A stretch of 64,000 bases of DNA from Octopus sinensis (GCF_006345805.1 NC_042998.1:177382001-177446000); one strand, 5' to 3'; positions 12,400 to 24,977 are shown, counted from the stretch's first letter. Numbers and translations are program-made. The notes: generated by a model not told the origin, from the sequence alone.

Positions 12400-12606
12400 G
12401 TGGAAGCCTGTAAGTCGCCATGATAGATCGGTAGCCACTACACACGTTTTTTTCTCTCCTTGTTTCTTTCTGTGTTCCTTTCTGTGGAAGAGCGTAGGCT
12501 TGAAACATAAAAGACTTTCTCAATTCCCGAGCGTTATACTAATACATTTGTTTGTTTTGTACACCACCTGTCTTCGTCTTTTGTTTTTTTGTGAATTCTC
12601 CCTACA
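12400..12606 (+). mobile_element. Short (TA)n-flanked element, putative Penelope-like terminal fragment (second copy 56606-56777 on the minus strand; relative at 28335-28440)
   Basis: The two copies share ctgtggaagag(c/t)gtaggct(c/t)gaaac, aatacat..tttgtt and gtgaattctcc. The layout is hammerhead-like. Confidence 0.5.
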
Positions 12607-12780
12607 TATATATATATATATATAGTCCAACCCATGCTAGCATGGAAAGCGGACGTTAAGCGATGATGATGATATAAAAAACATTCTAGGAAGAGGATGC
12701 ATAGTGTTCAATCATATAATAATATAAGTAATATATATATAAGCATATATTCATATGTATATGCACATACATATATATGC

Positions 12781-13335
12781 ATATACATATGCATATGTGG
12801 ACACAGAACGTCATGAAACATGTACAACAAAAAATACCAAGTGCAAGTTCATGGAATATAAACTATTTTTTCGAACAACGCAAAACACAAATGGAAAATA
12901 AGACAAACAACAAAGAACGACCCTTCATCAGTTATTGGCTGTTTTTCTAGTCTCATATTTCAGCCCTTGTTCTTGTCCGTCTCCTGTCCAAGCTTGATTT
13001 ACAAGTTCGCCACCACAACTTCGTTTAGGCTTAGCAGCCCTTCCTGTTTGTTTTTACTGTTCTGTTTTTGTTATCAATTTTGACCCTCTGCAAAATCCCA
13101 AATTTTATTTAATTTGCTTTGTGGGAGCAGCTGTTTTATCAAGAGCATATCTTGTTGTGAAATGCTCGAAATACGAGAGTAGAAAAGCAGCCAACAACAG
13201 TTTATGTTATTTGTCCTTATTTGTCCTGTTTTCCATTTGTTTTAAGTTGTTCGAAAAAATAGTTCATATTCCATATACTCATACTTCATATTTTTGGTGT
13301 ACACGTTTTGTGACATCCTGTGCCCACATATGCAT
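12781..13335. mobile_element. Element with ~185-bp inverted arms, putative Penelope-like inverted repeat
   Basis: 12781-12964 is the approximate reverse complement of 13164-13335. It contains ctgatgaaggg and gagcat..atgctc-gaaa motifs. Confidence 0.55.
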
Positions 13336-14781
13336 AGCATGGAAAACGGACGCTAAACGATGATGATGATGATGATGATATATATATATATATACGTGTA
13401 AATGTAAGAATGTACATATATGTAGGTATATATGCATATATATATATATTATTTATATTATTATTATAATATATATACATGTGTATGTGTGTGTTTCTTA
13501 CCACCACTTGACAACAGAAGTTGGTATGTGTGTGTCCTTGTAACTTAGCAGTTACAGAATAAATACTAGGGTAGATTTGCTTGACTAAACCCTTTGAGGC
13601 AGTGTCTCAGCATGACTCCAGTCCAATGACTGACACAAGTAAAGAAAGTCAAATCATTCAGTTCATGCTTTCTAAAAGGAGGAAGAGATTTCCTAAGCCT
13701 GTTGCCATGGATTTATATATGCAAAATTTTATAACTGCTAAATGCTAAAAATATTATCATTAGACAAACTTGAAATACATTGAAATAGAGGAAAACAGGA
13801 AGTTAGGAGACTAATACTCATTTCACTATACTGTATAGGTCACATTGAATGAGCTTGAAATATCTCGGTGGGGAAAGTAAAATTAAGATTTTGAAATAAA
13901 ATTGAGATTTTCGCATATGAATGTAGGTTCACACCTCAGTGCCTTTCCTGGTTCAAATCACTCGACCACAAAATGAGAATGGCTCATTTTTCACTAAGAT
14001 AAACTAAAGTATACAGAATAAAGTGTATAAGCTAATATCACAATGAAGCAGTGGTGGTAAGTTTTAGACCCAGTAGACAGAATTTCAGGATGTATATTAG
14101 ATTTTTGCCATTGTACCTTACAAAAGAGGAAAAAAAAAACATAAAGCATAATAAAATCAACTAAATCACCTCTGTAACAATGCTGATAGTTGCAGAAAGA
14201 TTTCAATAGCATACAGTTTTGTATGCAGATTATCTGATGGTGAGGAAGTGAGGGGGTTACTGTATAGTCCATGGAAAGTAGAACAGTACAATGGTTTCAC
14301 AAGGTGCTGATGCCAATGTGAAGGATAGAAGTGTGACGTACCTGATATCTAAGGAGTTCAGAGGAGTAGGAACCATTCTAGTAATGAGAGGGAAGAAATA
14401 GGGAGAATATAGTGTGGTAATGGGTTAATAATTGCAGTGTGTTTGTGAGTGAAGGTTTAGTAATCAGTAAGATGATTTGAGTGAGGAATTCACAATAAAA
14501 AGTTTATATGTGTACCAACTGCTTCATCTCATACATGCTAGGCATATTCTAATGTACCAGTACTTAGACCTGGCAGAGTGTCTGTAACTCTTCAATACTA
14601 TAATATTTTCTGGTCCTAAAGAGAAAACAGCCTTTTTTATTATGCAATTTTACTAATGTGTTGCAGTCATGAAAGAACAGAGATTATGGAAGAGGATTTG
14701 CAAATTTTTGTAAACATTTTAGTCAAGTACTGATTCGTGAGAGAGGCAGTATTTAATATAAGAGAGGTAACACTTATGTCC

Positions 14782-14930
14782 ACTTAAACATGGATGTTCT
14801 GTTAGAACAAACTATAGTGCGGCAGTTACTATAAGAAAAACTGTCCTGTTGTGCTGACATGGCCATGAGAGTTCCCTGCATGGTAACTACTGCAGTATAG
14901 TTTGTTCTAACATAACATCCATGTTTAAGT
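14782..14930. repeat. Fold-back element / MITE with 50-bp arms and a ~49-bp spacer
   Basis: 14782-14831 versus 14881-14930 in reverse complement, about 5 mismatches. Confidence 0.88.
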
Positions 14931-15157
14931 CTGCATAAATACTTTAGTTGAGTGTTTATGAAAAAGGAAACTGTAGTGTTGTAAGTGAGTTTCCTTGAAA
15001 TTTGAAGTAACTGAGCAAGATTTTAGTCTAGTTCACCACAGTTTGCATTAATGTTAATGAACATTTCTGTTTTGTTGTTGCTCCAGCTAATATTCTAAAT
15101 GTTCTCAGATATATTGAACATTTACTATTGATGCTAGCCAAAAGGTTGAATATTTAA

Positions 15158-15377
15158 CCCTTTAGCATTCAAACCGGCCATATCCGGCCAAAATATTTAA
15201 CCTGTTTTATATTGAAACTGACCAGATCTCACCTCTCACCTCAGCCCTACCATGTCATTCTAAAACTAAAAAATCACATCACTGAAATATCTAAACTACA
15301 AGATAATGCATGATTAATTCAAAACAATATAAATAAACAAACATCACATTTGATAGAATAATCTGAACACTAAAGGG
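15158..15377 (+). mobile_element. piggyBac-type MITE (220 bp)
   Basis: TTAA|CCCTTTAG...CTAAAGGG|TTAA. Four family members in the window. Confidence 0.88.
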
Positions 15378-17974
15378 TTAAACACACTCCAGGTACACAC
15401 ATGGATTTGTGATTAAGAAGTTTTCTCTTCTCGGTTAAGTGATTTCAACTTCAGACTCACAGTGCAGTTACCTTGGGTAAGTGTCTTCTCTAATAGCCTT
15501 GTGAGTGAATTTAGTAGATGAAAATATTGAGTGTGTAAGTATGCATGGATGTGTGTGTGTGCACATATGTGCATGTATGTATAAATGCATCTGTGTATAG
15601 GGGAGGAGGAATTATTAAAGCAGAAAATATTTTATCAAAAACTATCACAGATATCAGAACCAATAAATTCTTTACAAAGTTCTACAGTTGATATCATGGA
15701 TTAGGTGCAGATTTGGTGTGTGATAAGAAGTTTGCTTGCTATCTACATAGTCTAGGTTCAGTCCTACTGCATGGTACCTTGGACCAGTGTCTTTGGCTAT
15801 AGCCATGGGCGGACCAAAGCCTTGCATGTGGATTTGTTAAATGGAAACTGAAAGATCATGCATGCGTGTATGTATATGTGTCCCCTTATTTTGACATTGT
15901 GTGATAGCTGAAATTGGTGGTCAACATCATACAATCAATGTCATTCAGACACTGGGCCTCACTGAGGAAATTACAAGGAACCAGAGGTGACGATTAGCTG
16001 TACTTGATAAGATGCATCAAGCTAAGTAAAATTGTTGTCTCTCGCACATACAAGCTTGTCCTTTCAGGTGTCAGCACCACATAAAATGCACCCGTGACTG
16101 CATTGTGTACATGCACCCATGCTGGTACAGTGTAGACACACCTGTGCCAGTGGCACATAAAAAGCACCCAGCACACTCTATTAAGTGGTTAGCACTAGGA
16201 AGAGAATCCAGCAGTAGAAACAATGCCATAACAGACAATTGGAGTTTTGACAGCTCCCATCTGGCCAACTTCATGTCAAATCATCCAACCCATGCCAGTA
16301 TGGAAAACAGACATTAAACGACAATGATGATGATATCTACCATTTCTCTAATATTCACCTCTCTCTAAGTTCAGAGTATTCCTTGACACATCTTCCTCAC
16401 TATCCTTTTTTTTTCCAACTGGGGTAACCATGATTCTCCCTTATAACAGGACGTCTGTTTCTGCCCCTCTATCATACTTTAACCTTTCATTACCTGGCAC
16501 AAAGCCAAGTCTCTCAATATTACACCCACTTCAATTGAGAGGTTCTGTCTTGCAAGTTACTTGGTGACCTCAGTGCCATGTACAAAAAAGTGCCCAGTAC
16601 ACTCTGAAAAGCAGTTGATATCATGAAGGACATCCAGCCATAGAAACTATACTAAAACAGACATTGAAACTTGGAGCAGTTTTCTGGCTACCCAGCTCTT
16701 GTTGAACTGTCCAACCCATGCCAGCATAGAGAACTGACATTAAATGATGACAGCAATGATGATGACAATGACTAGTAAAGATTATGTCTATTGAAATATC
16801 ACTAACATAGCATTCGGCCACAACAACATGAATATCAGGCTATGTTTACACAGTAATATTTGTTACATGTCAGAATGCTTTATAAGTCAGTGGTACACCA
16901 GACATGTAAAAGAAACATCTGTTGCCACAAAGATTTAAGAGTTTCCTTCAACTTTTATCTTTTACTAGTTTCAGGTATTAGGCTGTGGCCATACTAGAGC
17001 ACCACCTCAAAGAGTTTTGTCAATCAAATCGATGACTTTTTTTTTTTTAAAGTCTGGCATTTATTCAATCAGTTCCTTTTTACTAAACCACTAAGTTATA
17101 GGGCTGTAAACAAACCAACACAAGTTGCGAAGTGGAGGTGGGGAGACAAAGACAAAGATACACACACATACACACACACACACACACACACATACATGTG
17201 TGTGTGTTTCTTTCAGCTTCCATCAACCAAATTCACTAACAATGGCTTTGGTCAACCTTGTGTTATAGTACAAGGCACTTACCAGACAACCACACCTATG
17301 CCTATGTTGGTAAGATTCTCACATTCAATGTCTTTTGCAGATATATAATAAAAAGTTGAGTCTCTTTTGCTCTCTTTTAAAAGTACAATTCCAACTAACA
17401 GATACTTTAGTCAATTAATTGGTAAGACTTAGAACTCAAACAGGAACTATAGAGACTCCATATTTAGTATTTCAAGAATAATAACAATACTAACATTATC
17501 CATTTCTACTCCAGTCCAGGGACTCAAGATTTGAACTTGTAATTAATTACAAGCTGATATAACACTTGCTACGCCTTTCTTCATAGTTTCGAGCTGACTA
17601 ACCATGATGCCTATTTACAACTGGAAAGACTGAACCAGCAAGAGTTGTGTTTTTGCCAATATACCTCTAGTTGCAGATCACCTCACTGAAACAATAGTTA
17701 TGTTCAACAGTTACCATATTTCATCCTTAGCTGAGGCAGATCAGTGAAAAATAGGTGGCATGCCCTCTTAATATTTGGATATCTAATGTTAATGAATAGC
17801 ATTTAGTTGTTAACTCTTGGGAAACCTGAGCCGATTGATCAGTCCAAGTGATACAAGCTTCGTATATTTTACCCCGGTGTCACTTTGACGGCATGCACCG
17901 CCCTCTCACTCAATAATAATAATAATGGACTCCCCCATCAAAGTCATCGGCGTCGGCGGCGTTATTATTATATT

Positions 17975-18637
17975 TTCAAATTTTGGCACAAGGCTAGCAA
18001 TTTCAAAAGAAGCGCTAAGTTGATTACCTCAATCCCAGTGCTTATTTTAGCAACCCTGAAAGGATGAAAGGCAAAGTCAACCTGGCAGAATTTGAACTCA
18101 GTACATCAAGGCAAACAAAATGCTGGTAAGCAGTTTGCCCAGTACGCTAAAGATTCCGCCAGATCACTGCCTTAATAATAATTCTTTCTTATTTATTTCT
18201 TTGTTGCCCACAAGGGGCTAAACAAAGAGGGGACAAACAAGGACAGACAGAGGGATTAAATCGATTACATTGACTTAATTTATTGACACCAAAAGGATGA
18301 AAGGCAAAGTCGACCTTGGTGGAATTTGAACTCAGAACGTAACAGCAGACGAAATACCGCTAAGCATTTCGCCCGGCATGCTAATGTTTCTGCCAGCTTG
18401 CCGCCTTTCTTAATAATTTTTTCTACTTAGGCACAAGTCCTGAAATTTTGTGAAGCTGGGATTAGTTGCTCACATCAACCCCAGTTCTTAACTGGTACTT
18501 ATTTTATCATCCCATCCCTGAAACAATGAAAAGGTAAAATTGGCCTTGGCGAAATCGGAATTCAGAACATAAGAGGCAGAATAAATGCCAGTAAGCATTT
18601 CCTTTGGCATGCTAATGGTTCTGCCAGCTCACTGCTT
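17975..18637 (-). mobile_element. Three adjacent same-orientation SINE family B copies (about 17975-18173, 18190-18409, 18415-18637)
   Basis: Each has the aaggatgaaaggcaaagt...ggaatttgaactcag...gctaa...ctgccagct pattern, at different levels of divergence. Confidence 0.85.
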
Positions 18638-19021
18638 TAAAAACAAGAATGCTAATACCATACTTTGATGTTTGCCCAGTTGCAGCCTCCCACACATATC
18701 TTTCTAATCTACAAGTACCAATTAAGTTCTATTGGGATATTTAAGAGAGATTACGGGTTCCCCAGTCACTTGTTGAATTACTTGTTTATTTATTTATTTA
18801 CTTATTTGGTAAAATAACAAATTGAAATAATATAAGTTGAATAGGTATTTACTGATGAGAATTATACTGAGATTTCCCAAATGTGCTATTATATTAATTA
18901 CATTAATTGGAATGGTACACCTCACAATTAGATCATAGATTGGGGTCTGCAGTGATGAATTAACACTCATCCATTATATAATCAGCAACATAAATAATCT
19001 AGAAGAGAAAATACTACTCAC

Positions 19022-19114
19022 TGAGTTTTTTCTTCACCCTCGTCCATCACCTTTTCATAAGCAATGAGTTTCTCAATTTCTTTCATAGTATTGTAAATCC
19101 CAGAGGCATGTTCT
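19022..19114 (-). CDS. PDXDC1: PDXDC1 internal exon (93 nt, phase 2 to 2): EHASGIYNTMKEIEKLIAYEKVMDEGEEKT(Q)
   Basis: Acceptor cctttcag|A and donor TCA|gtgagt. In phase with both neighbours. Weak similarity to recalled QDMVSILQLVQNLMHGDEDEEPQS. Confidence 0.85.
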
Positions 19115-19226
19115 CTGAAAGGTGTAAAATGTATAACATACAGATGCAAAGAATGCCAATGCATTATACCACACAAATACACAACAAAATTCAAATAAAT
19201 TCCATTATAAAAATATGATTTCTTAC

Positions 19227-19277
19227 AAAATATGTTGTGGTAGTTCTGACTCTTCAACATCATCATGTTCCTCAGTC
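19227..19277 (-). CDS. PDXDC1: PDXDC1 internal exon (51 nt, phase 2 to 2): TEEHDDVEESELPQHI(L)
   Basis: Acceptor ttttactgcag|G and donor TTT|gtaaga, with a 112-nt intron to the next exon. Aligns with recalled RTEEENGKKLISGDIPGPL. Confidence 0.8.
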
Positions 19278-19367
19278 CTGCAGTAAAATAAAAAGAAAAT
19301 ATGTAAGACTTCAATAAAGACCAAGATACATTATTATTATTATTATTATTATTTTATCATTCCTTAA

Positions 19368-19589
19368 CCCTTTAGTGTTCAGATTACTCTGTTAAATGTA
19401 ATGTTTTTTTTATTTAAATTGTTTTGAATTAATCATGCATTACCTTATAGCTTTGAGGTTTCAATGATGTGATTGTTTATTTTTAGACTGTCAATGTAGG
19501 TTAGGTGTGAGAGGCTAGATATGGCCAGTTTGAATATAAAATATGTAGAATATATTGGGCCGGATTTGGCCAGTTTAAACACTAAAGGG
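19368..19589 (-). mobile_element. piggyBac-type MITE (222 bp), 90 nt upstream of PDXDC1 exon 19277
   Basis: TTAA flanks and CCCTTTAG TIRs. Inverted relative to 15158-15377. Confidence 0.88.
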
Positions 19590-19788
19590 TTAAAGACTGA
19601 AAGCTTTGTACATGGCACAAAACACTTGGCCCTTCAGTTACTTTGTATCTTCAACGGATATCTTCATGTTTTGAGTTCTGTTTATCCTATTTGTTCAACC
19701 AAATCCATACACATACATATATATTAGTACATATATACATGCAGGTACATACATACACAACATAAATATATATATACATATATATATA

Positions 19789-20940
19789 CAAGGTGCAATG
19801 AATAAACTGTTGTCTAAATTATGCAAAAATCTCCTGCAACTCTTCTGGATGGTCTCCTTGTTCAAGTTGGTGAATGCTGCCATAATCCTTGCCTTCAGTT
19901 CATCTTTAGTGTTACAAGTTTTGTTGGTCTCTCATTCAACTGCACCCCACACATAATCATAAAGAGGGTCGCAGTCTAGGGAGTTAGGTAACCAGATGTT
20001 AGGGGTGATGTGGTTGCAGAAATTGTCTGACAGCCATGACTGGGTTCTCCTGCTTGTGTGACATGGTGCAGAATCTCGTTGCCAGACATAGGGTCTTCCA
20101 GCAGCCAGCTTCTTGACCCAAGGCAGCACTACCTTCTCCAGGCACTTGATGTAGGCCTCTGTATTGAGTCTGAAGTTGTGTAGGAAGATGAATGGCAGCA
20201 TAACATTGGCATCACTAGTGACCACTCCAAACACCATGATTTTTATTGGATGTTTGATTTGTATCACTCTCAGTACATGTTTTGGGGACACAACAAGCCA
20301 ACAGTTGCTCTGTGTGTTCACCATCTGATCCTGACAAAAAATTTTCTTGTCTGAGAAAAACCAAAGCATGTCCAGTTGGAGGGCATGGTTGAGTTTGCTC
20401 AAAAGCTTTGTAACACGGTCTTTCCTCATGTCCTTGATGGCTTGGGATAAGAATTGGCACTTTCTCATCTTGTATGAGGAATACCAAATCTCTTCATGCA
20501 CTACCTGCTTGATAAGAAACGCACACACTCCCATGTCCCTGGTGATGGACCTGACTGACTTGGAGAGATTGTTGTGAATCATGACCTAAATCTCACCAAC
20601 AAATTCAGGAGTTCTTTTCTTATCAGAACAATCAGAGTGAGTTTTTCGAGCTGCCGTACCTTCATAATCACCATTAGATTCATCCAACTCCTTCCAAATC
20701 CTCTGCACTGTCCTCAGATTGACACCCAAATACTCTGAAATAATTGTATTGGAGCTTCTGATGCAAATGCCTGGCAGTACAGCATGTCGTTTCCAAATTT
20801 CTGGCAAAATGTATCGTGTCATGGTACTGTGTTTCTCACAGACAGTGCTAAACTGACCCTACTAAACTGTGTAGTTGACAAAATCGAAAACAAACGATGC
20901 ACATGCGAGAAATAAAAAATATAAAATAGCGGCAATTTAC
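19789..20940 (-). mobile_element. Tc1/mariner DD37D (maT-type) transposon, inactivated
   Basis: ORFs 20586-20822 and 19932-20582 read WFFSD(E>K)KIF...WQRDSAPCHTS...WLPNSLDCDPL. There are 37 residues between the second D and the position of the third D, which is mutated to Y. TA|CAAGGTG end at 19789. Confidence 0.85.
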
Positions 20941-21599
20941 AAGGTTGGGTCGCACAATTTTGAGGTTTTCAGCTAAGGGAAGCAACTCTGCCTGAAACAC
21001 ACCTCTGTGTGGTGAAGAAAATACTTTTTCTCACAATATTTTCCACAATAATTTTTTCAGATATCTGGACATCTTTCTTACTGCTAACCATTCATCTTCA
21101 AATTACAATTGTTAATTGTTGGAAGTCAAGTAGACTGAGATGAACATAGTGTTATCGTATCTAGGGGAAGTTCAATACAAAGTTTTGAACTCATTATCTC
21201 GTGGTTAGTAATCCATTACCTGAAATTTGAAGCCATTAGGTATTTAAATATTATTTTACTGGGTTTAGTCTTTTGACTGTCACCATAATGGAGTATCACC
21301 TTCAAAAATTTAATTGATCATACTGACCTCAGTACATATTTCAAGTGGGCATTTATTTTATAGATCTCTGCTTGATGAACTGCTAATTTTGAGACCTAGT
21401 GGGACACAATACTCGATTTAACAACAAATGTAAACACACACACACATTAGGTGCAGGAATGACTGTGTGGTTGAGAAGTTTGTTTCCCAATCACATGGTT
21501 CCACGTTCAGTCCTTCTGCATGGTACCTTGGGCAAGTGTTTTCTACTTTAGCCTTAGGTCAACCACAGATTTGTGACTGAATTTGGTAGACAGAAACTG

Positions 21600-21757
21600 C
21601 AGTACTGTTCATCAGAAAATGACCGATAAACATGTTTATAAAGAAGAGTCGTTTGCTTCATACTCCTCGTGTGCCGATTCTGCCAATAAGAAACGAACAA
21701 ATAATACATTGTGGCTGAAGGTCATAACACCTGGGCAATGCCGGGGTGCAATGCTAG
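21600..21757 (+). mobile_element. Helitron 3' fragment joined to a SINE A head
   Basis: Ends CTGGGCAATGCCGGGG..TGCTAG|T. Confidence 0.55.
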
Positions 21758-21967
21758 TGTGTGTGTGTGCGTGCGTGCGTGTGTGTATATATATATATTT
21801 ATATATATACTTTATATATATATACTTTACTCAGAGTAACAGGTTTTGTTGAATTTTCTGCTGCTTTAAATAAAGCATATTACTCTACCACTGGTATTTG
21901 AGTACTCTTTTTTCCACCTTGTTTCACATTTATGTGTTTACTCTGGTATATATATATATATATATCT

Positions 21968-22078
21968 CATCATCCTCGTTTAGCATCCGCTTTCCATGCT
22001 AGCATGGGTTGGATGGTTCAACTGGGGTCTGGGAAGCCAGAAGGCTGCACCAGGCCCAGTCTGATCTGGCAATGTTTC
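21968..22078 (-). mobile_element. RTE 3'-tail copy next to (TA)n
   Basis: About 90% match by eye to the terminal 110 nt of the RTE at 22575-24147, in inverted orientation. Confidence 0.9.
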
Positions 22079-22574
22079 ATATTCAATGAAGACATTTGAT
22101 TACATTTAGGATAAAAACTAAAGCCTGGTCCTCTATTCATCAAATATCTCTGCTTGAGCATAAAACTTAGAGTATATCAAAAACATTCATACACTCTGAA
22201 ATGAATTAAGACAACAAATTTCAATGTAAACGCTAAACCTGTAAACATCATGACTCAAACTGTTTTATTCGACACACATATACAACACCTTCTCATTAGC
22301 CAACCATTTGATTACTAGAAGCCATTGCAAGCCATTAGAAAAGGTACAGTATACAAAATAAAATTAACCAGAAGATATATGAGTTAAACAGACAAGAAGA
22401 AAAAGAAATAAAATAAAATGCCACTGGATTGATAGATACATAATCATATGCATACTTACACACATGTGTATATGCATAGAGAACTGTAATAGTTTGTTCT
22501 GGTTAACGGAGGATGTGAAGGTGGTAATTTTTCTAAGTAATAAGGAGTTGGCTGTGATCAATTTATTTTTGTGA

Positions 22575-24147
22575 AACTCCGGGTAGAGGTAGGGGTCCAC
22601 CAAGGCTCAGTCCTCAGCCCCCTCCTATTTATCATAGTCCTCCAGGCAATAACGGAGGAATTCAAGACAGGATGCCCTTGGGAGCTCCTCTATGCTGATG
22701 ACCTTGCTCTAATTGCTGAGTCGCTATCAGAACTGGAGGAGAAGTTTCAAGTGTGGAAACAAGGATTAGAATCGAAGGGCCTCAGAGTCAATCTAGCTAA
22801 AACCAAAGTCGTAATCAGTAGGAAGGTAGACAAATCACAAACGCCTTCAGGTAGATGGCCCTGCTTGATCTGTAGAAAAGGTGTAGGTAGAAACTCTATA
22901 AGATGCACCAAGTGTAAGCTATGGACACATAAGAGGTGCAGCAATGTCAAAGGAAGGCTAACTAGGAAGATGGTTTTTGTATGTGGCAGATGCTCAGGAA
23001 CAATAAACACTGAAAATGCTCTGAGACCAACTTCCGTCACTTTCCAGGGAGAAAAACTAGAAATAGTTGATAGTTTCCGTTACCTAGGTGACCAAGTCAG
23101 CAGCGGGGGCGGGTGTGCTGAAAGTGTAACTGCTAGAGTAAGAATAGCTTGGGCAAAGTTCAGAGAGCTCTTACCTCTGATGGTGACAAAAGGCCTCTCG
23201 CACAGAGTGAAAGGCAGACTGTATGATGCGTGTGTACGAACAGCCATGCTACATGGCAGTGAAACATGGGCCGTGACTGCTGAGGATATGCGTAAGCTCG
23301 CAAGAAATGAAGCCAGTATGCTCCGATGGATGTGTAATGTCAGTACTCATACTTGGCAGAGTGTAAGTACCTTGAGAGAAAAGCTGGACCTAAGAAGCAT
23401 CAGTTGTGGTGTGCAAGAGAGACGTTTGAGCTGGTATGGTCATGTGGCGAGAATGGATGAAGATAGTTGTGTGAAAAAGTGCCACACCCTAGCGGTTGAG
23501 GGAACCTGGGACGAGGTGGTGAAGCACGACCTTCGAACTTTAGGTCTCACTGAGGAAATGACTAGAGACCGAGACCTCTGGAAGTGTGCTGTGCGCGAGA
23601 AGACCCGGCAGGACAAGTTAGTCCATAACCCGTGGCCTTCTACATGGGATGGAGCCAGCCTACGTATGCATACCTTCCCTTCTTGGGACACAAAACTCTA
23701 CTTGTGAAGACCTGTTGAGGCAAGTGAAGATCAGAATCGAAATCGATCAATGGAAATTGCAGATGTGTTACCAGTGCTGGTGGCATCTAAGAGAACCTTC
23801 CGTTTCGCGACCGTTGCCAGCGCCACCCCGACTGGCCTCGTGCCGGTGGCACGTAAAAAGCACCATCCGTTCGTGTCCGTTGCCAGCCTCGCCTGGCACA
23901 TAAAAAGCACCATCCGTTCGTGGCCGCTTGCCAGCTCTGTCTGGCACCTGTGCGGGTGGCACGTAAAAAGCACCCACTACACTCACGGAGTGGTTGGCGT
24001 TAGGAAGGGCATCCAGCCGTAGAAACACTGCCAGATCTGACTGGGCCTGATGAAGCCTTCTGGCTTCACAGACCCCAGTAGAACCATCCAACCCATGCTA
24101 GCATGGAAAACGGACGCTAAACGATGATGATGATGATGATGATGATG
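22575..24147 (+). mobile_element. RTE-clade LINE, 5'-truncated, with an open 378-aa C-terminal ORF
   Basis: ORF 22571-23707 has GVHQGSVLSP, YADD, a PHD finger, FRYLG and HGSETW. It is followed by a 4-box 3'UTR array and an (ATG)n tail. Confidence 0.95.
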
Positions 24148-24666
24148 AAATATAAAACTAAAATATCCTATGATTTAATGCATGTTTGTACCTTACTGTA
24201 TGTAATTGTCATCACTGCAACCCTAACATTACTATGTCCATCAACAACAAATATACAAAACCACCACCTCCACCACTATTTACAATTCTCATATCTTTTA
24301 TTTTCCCAGCAAAGATAAGAAATAACAAAAATAAGACCAAGCAAAATCTATCATAGTCTGAAAACAATAAAAAAAAAATTTTATTTACTGATCTAGATAT
24401 TTTAATTTTCTAAAGAATAGGGTTTAATTATTTATTTTAAATGGTCAACAGGCCTCTTTAGCAAACAGGATTAGCAAATAATCTGGATCTATATCCTACC
24501 ACCACTTCATAGAGACAATCATTGAGACACTTGACTCAGGCTGACCTATTTATCTAGATGGTACACAGATGTTATGGATTATTATTGCTGTAACTAATAG
24601 GAATACAACGACGTAATTGAAAACTATTTTATTGGTTCAGTATTGCCTACATAACTGGAAAGTTAC

Positions 24667-24791
24667 TCCACTGTTCTCCCGAAATAATCCTGTAGATGCT
24701 TTTTTATTTGCAGGTTCTCTGGAGTTATCTTTGACTCGATCATCTCAATCATATTTATTAGCACTGGAGAGATGGAAGACAGATTTTTACA
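24667..24791 (-). CDS. PDXDC1: Probable upstream PDXDC1 exon: ...SPVLINMIEMIESKITPENLQIKKHLQDYFGRTV(E); acceptor at 24791 or 24763
   Basis: Open frame, more GC/CpG-rich than its flanks. The phase-2 donor GGA|gtaact joins exon 19277 in frame. PVLINM weakly resembles recalled PTLAEM. The donor is weak and the start is unresolved. Confidence 0.5.
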
Positions 24792-24929
24792 CTGGCAGAA
24801 TTAATATGACAGAGAGTTAAGCAATGTAAAGTGTAGATGTCTGATTGCTGCACTGCTATCACTGAAATATGACACCAACATAATTATTAAGTAAAAACTA
24901 GACCTTGAAAATGGATGTTAAAATGAACA

Positions 24930-24972
<43 letters not shown>

Positions 24973-24977
24973 CATAT

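Noticed and set aside
13137-13175. Functional hammerhead
   Set aside because: Stem II and GAAA are present, but the CUGANGA core is destroyed.
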